NCBI GenBank assembly: GCA_023379025.1
Contig: JAMCTH010000010.1
Span: forward strand, 9,088 to 73,087
Source: Patescibacteria group bacterium
Lineage (GTDB): Bacteria > Patescibacteriota > Microgenomatia > UBA10105 > UBA927
DNA: 64,000 bases
Direction: 5' to 3'
The position numbers and the translations under genes were made by a program. Below are positions 18,403 through 27,984 of the stretch, one piece after another (the stretch's first letter is position 1; each line of letters begins with the position of its first letter). The notes beneath the pieces were generated by a model. It saw nothing but the letters and a program-made list of their open reading frames with translations. It was not told the origin of the DNA and did no database searches.

Positions 18403-18588
18403 GCTTTGAATATATCACATATGTAAAACGAAGAATTGCTTGCTCGCCAGTTCTCTTTGGGTATGTAATACTGGTTTACGCGGAAAAACAGTGCGGATAT
18501 CCGATTACAGATCTGTTTCTTCCGACTGTTGCTGTAAATTATGGCAGAGCGGCATCTCATTTGATAGAAAAAATGATATAGGCGTGAA

Positions 18589-19074
18589 TCAATCCGACGG
18601 ATTGACAGCCTTTTCCCAGACTGTGTAGAGCGCCGACGCAATTTCATGATCAACAGCTTCGAAAGAACCCTCCGGGACCACCTGAGAAAGAAATCCGTTT
18701 ACTGCGACAAAAATTCCTAAGTATACGGTAGTTTGTCTTGTAAGTGAAGTGTCCCCTCCCGTTTTCTGCCACGCATCGAGAAGCGCATGATGAATCGTCT
18801 CAGGATGCAAATGTATTTCAGCTGTTTCCAGTCCGATCGGTTCGTCACCAACTAATGCCTCTCGCAAAACTCTGTGAAGATAAAGTTTTTTTTGCACCTG
18901 CAGTTCATCAGAGTCGGTCGGTCGGGCTGTTTCGTCTATTGCGACCGACGGTATAGACTCTTTTGGAAATCCCAAAATCTGAGCGGCAATGTCTGGCAAA
19001 CGAACAAGAGCAGAATTTATAGCGTCTATAACGGCCTCATCAAAAGGAAACGGTGTAACTGTGTCGTGATGCAT
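18589..19074 (-). CDS. Hypothetical protein
   Basis: 161-aa ORF with protein-like composition; no recognised motif. Confidence 0.6.
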   Translation of the reverse strand: MHHDTVTPFPFDEAVIDAINSALVRLPDIAAQILGFPKESIPSVAIDETARPTDSDELQVQKKLYLHRVLREALVGDEPIGLETAEIHLHPETIHHALLDAWQKTGGDTSLTRQTTVYLGIFVAVNGFLSQVVPEGSFEAVDHEIASALYTVWEKAVNPSD

Positions 19075-19454
19075 AGAATTGACAAGCCTTTACGTCCGGG
19101 CCAAAAAATCACCTGAAAGCGAATTTACGTAATCTAAAGTTTTTTGGCCCCTTAAATCCCATAGTATATCACTGGCTCTCCAACTAGACAAGCTTACCGG
19201 ATGCGAGAGATACGGTTTTGACTCCAAAAAAAACATTGTGGCGGAAACCTGATTTTTTAGAATCGGGAAGCAAAAAATGCCGGGCTATGTTTGTGATATC
19301 CCGTCCTTCAAGTTCATATGTTGATGGGACCCCGAGAATTGCACTTCAGGAAGAAGGTACCGGCGGCCTAAATAAATTCAAAGCTAAGCTTTAAATTTGC
19401 TCCGCGGATATTCGAGAAACATGAATATCCAGCCGAAATTTTCCGCTTTACGTA

Positions 19455-19486
19455 TTTGCTATCATGTAACGGAACATGATAGCAAA
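19455..19486. repeat. Palindromic element TTTGCTATCATGT-AACGGA-ACATGATAGCAAA; twin copy inside the M24 peptidase gene (8527-8554)
   Basis: 22-nt core TATCATGTAACGGAACATGATA is identical at 8530-8551 and 19460-19481. Confidence 0.85.
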
Positions 19487-19571
19487 AAAGCGCGATCGCA
19501 AATACGGAAAGTACCGAAACAAAAAAGGGCTAAATAAACGGATCCATTACCTAGTAATCTTCCCTTTGAAA

Positions 19572-20009
19572 TTATCCCGGCCAGGAATATGACAGCATAT
19601 CGTTTAATTGTAATTCCTGCATTTCATCAAACGCATTGACAAAAATGACAAGCATCGGTATCCGCGATCGCCTCTGACTTTCGTATAAAAGCTGTTTACA
19701 CATGTGACACGAATAACAAAATCTGCCCTTCTTCAGTTTCTCATTACTGGTTACTGCAATCGCCATGATCTCCTGCTCGCCATGGGCCGCAGCGTGAGCG
19801 AGCGCGGCCTGCTCTGCGTGGAGTGTGAGGGAATAGGTGTCGGAAAAATATTGTGCTGATGAATACATATTGCCCTTTCGGGTTAAAACCGCCGCAGCAT
19901 ATACGGTCTCTGTGCCGTGTGGATACGGACGTTTTAAGGCAGCTCGCGCCTCGGCGATTAACTTCATCTTAATCTGAGGTGTAATCGATATCATGATTCT
20001 CTTATACAC
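19572..20009 (-). CDS. Cytidine deaminase-family protein
   Basis: PY, AAAV, HAEQAA, SCHMCKQ (variant of PCxxC). Confidence 0.85.
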   Translation of the reverse strand: MYKRIMISITPQIKMKLIAEARAALKRPYPHGTETVYAAAVLTRKGNMYSSAQYFSDTYSLTLHAEQAALAHAAAHGEQEIMAIAVTSNEKLKKGRFCYSCHMCKQLLYESQRRSRIPMLVIFVNAFDEMQELQLNDMLSYSWPG

Positions 20010-20057
20010 ATTGTGTGTTCATTCGTTGTTCCCTTCATATGGTTATATAGTATCAGG

Positions 20058-21029
20058 TCAAAGTTCTGATGATAACTCCGAAAGAAGCGCCAATGCTTCG
20101 GCGGGTGTCGTGGTCGCCATAAAGCGGACCCTCCAGTCCGAAGCGCCATGAAAGCCGTGTATGTAGAGCTTGTAAAACTTCTTGAGAATTGCATAACTCT
20201 TCCGGCTTCCCCATGTTTCCGCAAAAAGCGTAACATGCCGTTCCATGATGCGTATAAGCTCCCGCGGGGTTCCCTGATGGGGCGCCGGAGAACGGTCAAA
20301 CGCCCAGAGATTTTGAAAAATTCCCCGTCCGATCATGACACCGTCAACTTGATACCTCCCATACATCTCAAGTGCGCGACGCGCATCGCGGATATCGCCG
20401 TTGCCGATGATATTCGTCCGCACGCCCATCCGGTCACGGATCCGTACTGCGCGACCGATATCATCCCAATGGGCCGGAACATTCGACATCTCCCGGGCCG
20501 TCCTGCCATGAACGGTAAGTGCGTCGATCTCCTGTCCCAGAAGAAACGGGATCCACGTATCCGTTACCCGCGAACGGGTGCCGAGTCTGGTTTTGACGCT
20601 GACGGGGAGGGTCGTACCCGCGTCCCGAATGCCATTTTTCACGGCCCGGATCACGGAAGCCGCCGTTTCGGGTGTGTCGATAAGCGAAGCGCCGCAGCCG
20701 TTTTTCATCACCGTTTTGTCCGGACAACCCATATTGATGTCTATCCCGGCAAATCCCCGGCCCGCGACAAGCTTCGCGGCTTCATACATCACATCCGGAT
20801 TGTTTCCCCAGATTTGGGCAATGATCGGCGCTTCCGGAGGCGAAAAGAGAAGATTTTCCGAGACCGCATCACTGCCGCGGGACAGGAGTCCGTCAGCCGA
20901 GGTAAATTCCGTAAAAAACAGGTCAGGCTTGGCAGTACTCACGATGATCTGCCGGAATACGGTATCGGATACGCCCTCAAGCGGCGCCATGACGAGAAAC
21001 GGTTTGGGAAGCGCTTGCCAGATATTCAC
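20058..21029 (-). CDS. dus: tRNA-dihydrouridine synthase
   Basis: APLEG, FTEF, DINMGCP, SVKTRLG, VHGRT, GNGDI, MIGRG. Confidence 0.95.
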   Translation of the reverse strand: MNIWQALPKPFLVMAPLEGVSDTVFRQIIVSTAKPDLFFTEFTSADGLLSRGSDAVSENLLFSPPEAPIIAQIWGNNPDVMYEAAKLVAGRGFAGIDINMGCPDKTVMKNGCGASLIDTPETAASVIRAVKNGIRDAGTTLPVSVKTRLGTRSRVTDTWIPFLLGQEIDALTVHGRTAREMSNVPAHWDDIGRAVRIRDRMGVRTNIIGNGDIRDARRALEMYGRYQVDGVMIGRGIFQNLWAFDRSPAPHQGTPRELIRIMERHVTLFAETWGSRKSYAILKKFYKLYIHGFHGASDWRVRFMATTTPAEALALLSELSSEL

Positions 21030-21111
21030 CGGGAAATTGTAACAGAAACATGCTTCTCACGCACATCATCAAATATGGAGGTTTAAACCTAATCAACCCG
21101 ACGGGTTGATT

Positions 21112-21846
21112 TTACTCGACTGGGGGGGCGCCGAATATGGTCACAACCGTGCCGGGATCGGATGGAGACGCGTACGTGGTCGGACCGGTCGATACCGGGT
21201 CTGCCCAGGCAAAGAGGAGCGCCGCGTCTTCGGGACGCATATTCACGCACCCATGGCTCATCGGATGGCCGAAATTATCGTGCCAGTAGGCGCCATGGAT
21301 ACTGTATCCCGCCGAACGCGGCACATCGGTACTGGCAAAAAACATGGTGTAGGGCACGTTATACAGGTTGTAGTACGTCCCGTCCGCGGGATTACCCCCT
21401 TCCATATGAGTATACCGGAGCTTAATCCAGATCCGGAAATCTCCGGTCGGGGTCGGATGCCATTTCCCGGTCGCGACCGGAAAGGTAAAAACAAGTTTCT
21501 GCCCTTCAAACGCCGTCAGCTTCTGGGTAGAAAGGTCAACATAGATGTGTTTTGGCTCCGTCGTCTCCCCGAGGACGCGTCCCGTTCCGGCGGGCAACCG
21601 GGCAAGGACGGACGGGTATGGGACAATTCTTCCCATGAACGTATTAGTCTTCCCTTCAACAAACGACCCGGACAGGTCGCCGACGCAGCTAATGGAATTG
21701 GCGCAAACAGAAGTTGCTATATTGTGCCTGATAACAAGGAGAAGTGCTATAGACAGCACCAGTGCCGTACCCAGAAGCAGTCCCCTGAAAAAACCGTGAG
21801 ATGAGGCAGACCGCCTCCGAATAGGTTTCATCCGTTTTCGTCTCAT
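21112..21846 (-). CDS. L,D-transpeptidase (YkuD)
   Basis: TM anchor; YVDLS.Q, TPTG, IHGAYWH..FG..MSHGCVNM. Confidence 0.92.
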   Translation of the reverse strand: MRRKRMKPIRRRSASSHGFFRGLLLGTALVLSIALLLVIRHNIATSVCANSISCVGDLSGSFVEGKTNTFMGRIVPYPSVLARLPAGTGRVLGETTEPKHIYVDLSTQKLTAFEGQKLVFTFPVATGKWHPTPTGDFRIWIKLRYTHMEGGNPADGTYYNLYNVPYTMFFASTDVPRSAGYSIHGAYWHDNFGHPMSHGCVNMRPEDAALLFAWADPVSTGPTTYASPSDPGTVVTIFGAPPVE

Positions 21847-21963
21847 ACATCCATAGTACGCAAGTTCCGGCGAAATGTGAAGCAGGCGTTCTTGTCTTGA
21901 CTTATACCCTATAGTATGTTATACTGCACCCTTCGTTTTCTCTTCAGGGCCAAACGTATACCT

Positions 21964-22593
21964 ATGCAACCGACAATCCTGACCGCCGTATTTGTCCTCC
22001 TTTTCGGCCCGGGCCGGCCCGTTACCGTGCCCACACCCAAGCCGCTTGCGTACCATGCCTTTTCTCTCGACGACCGCTACGGCAATACCTTCGTCAATAC
22101 GGTATTTAAGGATAACATTCTTCTGGCCGTTCGCTATACGACCGGAGGAGCAGTTAATCCGAATACCCTTAACTGGACAGCCATTCAAAAGCCGTTTACG
22201 GCAAGCCTGACGCTCCGGCCCGGGGAAACGTTTGCATTCCATGACAACGTCCTGCCCGAGTACCGGGGAAAAATAGCCAAAACCCCGGGCGTTCACTTTA
22301 CCTCTGCCGAAGGATTCAAGTCCGACGGCTATCTTGTGGGAGACGGTGTCTGTCACCTGGCTTCCCTTCTCTACTGGGTAGCACGGGACGCGGGACTTGC
22401 CGCTTATGCTCCGGTGCGCCACAACTTCGCGCCTATTGCGGATGTTCCGAAAGAGTACGGGGTCTCGATTTATGCCCTCGGTGACTCACGGGGAAGTGAA
22501 CTGCAGAATCTCTACATTACCAATACCAAACCCGAACCGGTTGTTTTCCGTTTCTCCTTCGACGGCACCAAACTCGGCATCACGGCTATCTAA
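21964..22593 (+). CDS. VanW-like protein
   Basis: L.PGETFAF, GDGVCHLASLLY, RH, L.I.N motifs. Confidence 0.75.
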   Translation: MQPTILTAVFVLLFGPGRPVTVPTPKPLAYHAFSLDDRYGNTFVNTVFKDNILLAVRYTTGGAVNPNTLNWTAIQKPFTASLTLRPGETFAFHDNVLPEYRGKIAKTPGVHFTSAEGFKSDGYLVGDGVCHLASLLYWVARDAGLAAYAPVRHNFAPIADVPKEYGVSIYALGDSRGSELQNLYITNTKPEPVVFRFSFDGTKLGITAI

Positions 22594-23231
22594 CGGGGAA
22601 GCCCGGTAAAGGTCCGGGAAACGACATCATACCAATAGGGATTACTTCTCGACCCGTCGGGAAGGGAGGTAAACACATGGAGAAGCTCCGCATCATCCCA
22701 CCCCGTAACATCCCGGAGCGCCTTGCCGCTTACTTTATCATGAAAGTCAGCCGTCACATCGCGCGCCGTTTCGCCGCCGGGAAAGGGTTTGCCGTCCGCC
22801 CGATAGACCAATACGGCCGATTCCGAGGCGTAGATGTAGACATAGCTGTTATCCGGTGACCAGCTGTTTGGAGGAAGTGACAAACGCGCCGCCACGGGGA
22901 CAGAGGCCGTATAGAGGACAACCGCGTCCTTTCCCGAGATATCCGCATCACCGACCTCATACGTCGCGGACCCATTGCCCCGGGAAATCCGGGTCAGCAT
23001 AATCTGTTTCGTGCCGTCCGGCGAATGGACATTCTGGTGGAATATCTCGGGCGTGGGCACTGCCGTCGGCGTCGGGATCGGGAAACCCCGTGACCCTTTT
23101 ACATCGCTTCCTCCGGTGGCAAAGGTTGTGAGCGGCACGGAGGGTGATTTCTTTCCGAGACCATAAGCCCCTCCGAGAACGATCACTCCGAAAAAACCGG
23201 CGGTCAGAAATCCGGCAATGGTTTGACGCAT
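22590..23231 (-). CDS. Membrane-anchored hypothetical protein with beta-propeller-like (SPDG/WSPD) fragments
   Basis: TM helix, PTPT linker, SPDG and NSWSPD. Confidence 0.6.
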   Translation of the reverse strand: MRQTIAGFLTAGFFGVIVLGGAYGLGKKSPSVPLTTFATGGSDVKGSRGFPIPTPTAVPTPEIFHQNVHSPDGTKQIMLTRISRGNGSATYEVGDADISGKDAVVLYTASVPVAARLSLPPNSWSPDNSYVYIYASESAVLVYRADGKPFPGGETARDVTADFHDKVSGKALRDVTGWDDAELLHVFTSLPDGSRSNPYWYDVVSRTFTGLPR

Positions 23232-23276
23232 ACGTATCAAGCGTAAAAAGAAACGTCGGAGAAGTCAAGAAGACGC

Positions 23277-23933
23277 TCAGTGCGTCGTGGCACTGCCTGA
23301 GGAAACAGGCGTCGGTGTCGGGGTTGTCAACTGGTAGGTAAAATGAAGGGTATACAGCTGCGTCACGCCGCTTACGGTGCTTTTGGCTTTGAGTTGGAAC
23401 GTCACCGGACCGTCTGCCAGACTTCCCAGACAGAGACTTTTATCCTGGGACTGCTCCTGCGAGAAACTTCCGCCGTTGACGCTATACGAAAGTGTCGTCG
23501 TACAGTAGCCCGTGCCGATCGTCTGGAGGGCGATACAGACCGGAGACACATCCGACACGGTCTGGCCTTCCGCCGGAAAAATGATCGTATACGGCTGGGG
23601 GTTTTCATTGCAGGCAACCGGAGTCGGCGTTGGAGTCGCCGGAAGCGTCCCCGTGACAGGAGGCGTTACGGCTGGCACTGCAGGAGAAGAGTTTCCTCCC
23701 GGAGTGGCCTGATTCGACGGGCCGCCGGTTATTTCTACCTGTATCGGGGTGGGCACCGGAGGCGCGGACGCTCTATCCGCTGCCTTTCTGGAGTTGGAAA
23801 TATTGATGAGGTTTGCGGTAATAACCGTGAGAAGCACGGGGATGGTAAGTGCTGCCACAAGAAAGTCGAGCGCGGACTTGCGCTCGGGTAACTTCCTTAA
23901 CCGTTGCCGCAATGCCTCAAGCTGTTCAAACAT
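23277..23933 (-). CDS. Membrane-anchored Pro/Thr-rich protein with Cys-containing Ig-like domain
   Basis: TM helix, PT repeats, four Cys, beta-rich C-terminus. Confidence 0.6.
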   Translation of the reverse strand: MFEQLEALRQRLRKLPERKSALDFLVAALTIPVLLTVITANLINISNSRKAADRASAPPVPTPIQVEITGGPSNQATPGGNSSPAVPAVTPPVTGTLPATPTPTPVACNENPQPYTIIFPAEGQTVSDVSPVCIALQTIGTGYCTTTLSYSVNGGSFSQEQSQDKSLCLGSLADGPVTFQLKAKSTVSGVTQLYTLHFTYQLTTPTPTPVSSGSATTH

Positions 23934-23982
23934 ATAGATAAGAGTAGCAAACAACGCATTTCCTGTTCAAGTTACCCATACC

Positions 23983-24534
23983 TTACCAATCCACAAGTAC
24001 ATACGTGTCTTCGGCAGTCTTTATGACAGAACTTAACCGCACCTGACCTGCAAAATAATCCGGGAAGCGGACCATCTCTGGAAATTCCGCCATAACCTGC
24101 TTACTACGCAGGACTCCTCGAAACATTGTTCTGAATCTTTCGACCACATCGTTCATTTCCAGAGCTGTACCCCCGTCGCCGCTGGTCACTATATCTTCCA
24201 ATGAAATACCATCAAGAAACGGGTATATCTGTGCCGGAAACCGTTGCCCCTGTTCATCCTCAAGTACCTGAAACTCCGCATCAATCACCAGATCACCCAT
24301 CTCCTGTTTGAGAATTTGGTAAAACAGCCGAGAAAACCGGACAACTTCGCCCGGGTCGGTGTTGCATAACTCCGGTCGGAATTCATCCACAATGGAATTG
24401 GTGATACGTTTTAATACGAAGGGCACGCCATTCCATTCAAACCCGTATCTGATACTCTGCTCGCCCTGAACCGGAAGCACCCGAACTCCACCGGCCTCCA
24501 ACTCAAGACTCCGGCCTCCATATTCGATGTGCAT
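23983..24534 (-). CDS. Hypothetical protein, weak protein-kinase-like pattern
   Basis: FVLK, YPFLDGISLEDI, terminal YVLVDW. Confidence 0.5.
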   Translation of the reverse strand: MHIEYGGRSLELEAGGVRVLPVQGEQSIRYGFEWNGVPFVLKRITNSIVDEFRPELCNTDPGEVVRFSRLFYQILKQEMGDLVIDAEFQVLEDEQGQRFPAQIYPFLDGISLEDIVTSGDGGTALEMNDVVERFRTMFRGVLRSKQVMAEFPEMVRFPDYFAGQVRLSSVIKTAEDTYVLVDW

Positions 24535-24601
24535 GATACCGGGGAGTATAGCCTATCAGGACGTGCCAGGGCAACTTTTCTGGCCATCTGACAGATGGAT
24601 G

Positions 24602-26287
24602 TTATACCTCGTTTTTGGAACCTTTCTCTGCACCTGCCATTCCGTCTTCTGACGGAGTCTTTTTCTCCCATGGATTTGCCTCTATGGCAAGTCTCGGTAT
24701 GAGCAGTGACACGCATGCGCCGGCAAGCACAAATACGCTCGCAACGGAAAGGGCTGTCCTGGAAGCGGTCACGAACGCCTGATCACTGTCCGCCTTGAGT
24801 ATACGCGAGAGGGCCGGGTCCGTATCCGCAAATGCCGTAGCAAACTGCCTTCCTTCCGGAGAAATCGTTCCGAGCGTCCGGATGACGGCAGGTTTTGCAT
24901 CACCCGGAATCCGCCGGTCAGCCGCAATCCCGGCAGTCAGTGATGTGATAAGGGTTCCCGCAAATATTGTGCCGATAAGTGCACCCGAGAGGGTTGATCC
25001 TATCTGACGCATGGTTGCGCTTGAGGCCGAAGCCTCACCGGCGATATCAAGCGGCACTGATGAGATGATGATGTTCGTAAGCTGGGATGATGCAATACCA
25101 ATGCCCATGCCATAGAGGATAAACGCCGGGGCAAGAGTGAGAGCCGTACTCGTTGTGGAAAGGGACAGAATAAGGACGATGGTTCCGAGCGCGTAGACAA
25201 ACATCCCGATATTTACAAGCCACTTGGGGTTGATTTTTGTCGCAAGCATGCCGGAAATAGGCCCGAACAGAAACACGCTCAGCGACGCCGGTAAAAACGC
25301 TACCCCGGTCATAAAGGCATTAAGTCCCAAAACGTTTTCCAAAATTAAAGGCAACGTAAAAAAGATCCCGAATTGTCCGAGCGACACGATGGCCAGCGTC
25401 AAGAGTCCGAAGCTGAAACCCGGGCGGAGAAACATAGAAAGCCGCAGCACCGGGCTTCTCCCCTGCCGTTCAAGATGGAGTTCCCACCGGATAAAAAGAA
25501 GGAGGGATACGACCGCAATAACGATCATAAACGGAATCGGCGACAGCGTACCGAAACTCCAGGTCATCCCCGCAAACGAAAACGGTGCATTCTGAAACAG
25601 CCACCCGTACGTACGTCCTTCTATGAACGAGAAAACGAGGCAAAATAACCCGATGCCGGAAAGGAGCGTTCCCACCCAGTCAAACCGCTTCACATCATGA
25701 CTCCTGGATTCCTTGATGAATACGCTGCCAAGTATGGTAATGAGGGCAATGACCACATTGATCCGGAACGACCATCGCCAGGAAAAATACGCGGTGAGAT
25801 ACCCGCCGAGAAGCGGCCCGACGGACGCCGATGCTCCGGCAATCGCTCCCCAGATGCCGAACGCCATAGCGCGTTCCTTACCGCGGAATTCATAGGCAAG
25901 GATGGCAAGGGCGCTGGTCAGCATCATGGACGCACCGATAGCTTCGATGAACGCTTCTCCGGCAAACAGCATGAAGACGCTGCCTGACACCGAAGCGATA
26001 AAGGATCCGACAGCAAAGAGGCCGGTCCCCAAAAGGAATATTTTTTTCCTCCCGAACATATCCCCGAGTCTGCCCATGGTGATAAGAAGCGTCGCGATAA
26101 GGAGAGGATACCCGGATATCACCCACTGGATGGCCGCAAAGTTGGTCCGGAGCTCCCTGATGATATAGGGAATGGCTACGTTTAATACATTGTTGTCAAT
26201 GATAACGATGGCAAGCCCGAGCGCCACGAAGACAAGCGCGAGCCAACGGTTTTCATCGGTTGCCAAATTCGGAACGACGTGCTTCAT
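24602..26287 (-). CDS. MFS DHA2-type (14-TM) efflux transporter
   Basis: D..VLNVA.P, GRLGDMFGRK, GPLLGG, WRWSF.IN. Confidence 0.92.
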   Translation of the reverse strand: MKHVVPNLATDENRWLALVFVALGLAIVIIDNNVLNVAIPYIIRELRTNFAAIQWVISGYPLLIATLLITMGRLGDMFGRKKIFLLGTGLFAVGSFIASVSGSVFMLFAGEAFIEAIGASMMLTSALAILAYEFRGKERAMAFGIWGAIAGASASVGPLLGGYLTAYFSWRWSFRINVVIALITILGSVFIKESRSHDVKRFDWVGTLLSGIGLFCLVFSFIEGRTYGWLFQNAPFSFAGMTWSFGTLSPIPFMIVIAVVSLLLFIRWELHLERQGRSPVLRLSMFLRPGFSFGLLTLAIVSLGQFGIFFTLPLILENVLGLNAFMTGVAFLPASLSVFLFGPISGMLATKINPKWLVNIGMFVYALGTIVLILSLSTTSTALTLAPAFILYGMGIGIASSQLTNIIISSVPLDIAGEASASSATMRQIGSTLSGALIGTIFAGTLITSLTAGIAADRRIPGDAKPAVIRTLGTISPEGRQFATAFADTDPALSRILKADSDQAFVTASRTALSVASVFVLAGACVSLLIPRLAIEANPWEKKTPSEDGMAGAEKGSKNEV

Positions 26288-26361
26288 AGAGCGTTTTTTA
26301 GACTGCCCCGCCTACCCTTTTCTCCGGGTAGCACAACTGAGATCTAAACCTGTACCGGAAA

Positions 26362-27534
26362 TTACTTCCCCTTTCTTCCGGAACGGGGAGAAGGATGGCG
26401 TGCAGAGGAGAGCATCCCGCCGAGTCCCCACATCACCGCAAGCGGTGTCAGGAAAAATCCGATAAGCGGTATATTGAACGCTATCCAGACAACCGGCACA
26501 CCGACGATCATCCGCAGTACAGGCGGGGCTTCCGGATTCCCCGACGCGAAAATCAGTTTTTTCCCGACGAGATACGCGACAAAAAGCCTGCTTACGGCGA
26601 CGGCAGCGGCAAAAAGGAGCACCAGGAGAAGGGAAATCGGTATACCGATGATCGTAAGCATCAGGAAGACGAGCGCTACCGGCGTAATGACGAGTAAAAG
26701 AAGTCCCGTAAGCAGAGTCCGTCCCGGTTCCTTTGTCATCCTGTCCGTGACGCTGTCCGTTTGCACCGGAAAAAATATCACAAGCAGAATCCCCATCCCC
26801 AGGGCGATGAGGATGCCGCTGATAGCACGAAACGGAGCGGCCGCGCGTGCCGTACCGGCAAGAAACGGCAGGTCCTTCCGGACGGACGCTTCTTTTTTCG
26901 GCAACTCGTGCCGTATGACGCCGTGGATAACCGTCGTCGGATCCGCGGTCAGAAGTGCCGGACTCACATACGTCACGCCTCCGGCAACCTGTGCATCCGG
27001 TCCGAACCGCAATGTTTGATCCGCAACCGTGATGTCGCGTCCGATCTGTCCGTTTATCGCAATACTTTCCCCTGCTCCGCCGATGTCCCGCCCGACCGTC
27101 CCGTCTATTACAAGATGCTGGGCGGCAAACAGGAGGTCGCCCGGAATTTTCGCTTCTTCCCGTATCGCCACGTTCTGTCCGAAAAGGAGTGCGTTTTTCC
27201 CGATGGTCCTGTCAAGCGACACCGTCTGCCCGGCCGCATGGATGTTTCCCGTCACCACTCCGTCAACCGTTACGTTCTGTCCGGCACACATGAGATCCCC
27301 GTCAACGGTCCCGCGGACAGTGACCTCCTGTCCGGCACACAGCACGTCGCCACGGACCGTCCCGTCGATGATGACGGAAGTGCCGGCGGCAACGAGCATA
27401 CCGTTAAGCGTCGTCCCCTTGGGAACCAGCACGTTCGGCGCACTCCTGAAATCCATCGCGTAAGCAGGAGACGACAGCATCAGAAGCACAGTTACTGCGA
27501 TGATAAAACTGAAAAGTTGTCCCAGGCGTTTCAT
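26362..27534 (-). CDS. Membrane protein with bactofilin-like beta-helix repeats
   Basis: Signal peptide, repeated AG..V.I.G.V.GD units, five C-terminal TM helices. Confidence 0.75.
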   Translation of the reverse strand: MKRLGQLFSFIIAVTVLLMLSSPAYAMDFRSAPNVLVPKGTTLNGMLVAAGTSVIIDGTVRGDVLCAGQEVTVRGTVDGDLMCAGQNVTVDGVVTGNIHAAGQTVSLDRTIGKNALLFGQNVAIREEAKIPGDLLFAAQHLVIDGTVGRDIGGAGESIAINGQIGRDITVADQTLRFGPDAQVAGGVTYVSPALLTADPTTVIHGVIRHELPKKEASVRKDLPFLAGTARAAAPFRAISGILIALGMGILLVIFFPVQTDSVTDRMTKEPGRTLLTGLLLLVITPVALVFLMLTIIGIPISLLLVLLFAAAVAVSRLFVAYLVGKKLIFASGNPEAPPVLRMIVGVPVVWIAFNIPLIGFFLTPLAVMWGLGGMLSSARHPSPRSGRKGK

Positions 27535-27558
27535 ATGGAAATATTGTATCATACGGGT

Positions 27559-27981
27559 ATGTCGTGGTTACCGTATGCCCTACTCTCCGCGCTGTTTGCG
27601 GCCCTTACCGCAATACTTGCCAAAATCGGCATCAAGGGGGTTGACTCAAACCTCGCTACCGCAATCCGTACGGTCGTCATACTTCTCTTTGCCTGGGGAA
27701 TCGTCGCGACCCAGGGCACACTGTCACAGCTTTCATCCATTTCCCGGTTTTCCCTGGCATTTCTCGTGCTCTCCGGTATCGCGACAGGACTGTCATGGCT
27801 TTTTTATTTCCGCGCGCTCCAGTTGGGACAGGCTGCCCAGGTATCACCGATCGATAAACTGAGCCTCGTTATGACGATCATTCTTGCGGCAATTATCCTC
27901 AAGGAACGGGTGACCGTATCGATTCTCGTCGGAGCTACCCTTATGGCAGCCGGCGCGATCCTCGTCGGCTTTGTCAAATAA
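27559..27981 (+). CDS. Single-domain EamA family transporter
   Basis: ALLSALFAALTAILAKIG, SWLFYFRAL, PIDKLS; real start ATG 27559 lies within a longer called ORF. Confidence 0.9.
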   Translation: MSWLPYALLSALFAALTAILAKIGIKGVDSNLATAIRTVVILLFAWGIVATQGTLSQLSSISRFSLAFLVLSGIATGLSWLFYFRALQLGQAAQVSPIDKLSLVMTIILAAIILKERVTVSILVGATLMAAGAILVGFVK

Positions 27982-27984
27982 CGG

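Noticed and set aside
19170-19350. tmRNA-like or intron-like words (GATACGGTTTTGAC)
   Set aside because: No matching acceptor stem, T-arm or tag reading frame could be assembled.
26761-27558. Long N-terminal extension of the EamA ORF (406 aa call)
   Set aside because: Antisense to the 26362-27534 gene; the true start is ATG 27559 behind a -10 box.
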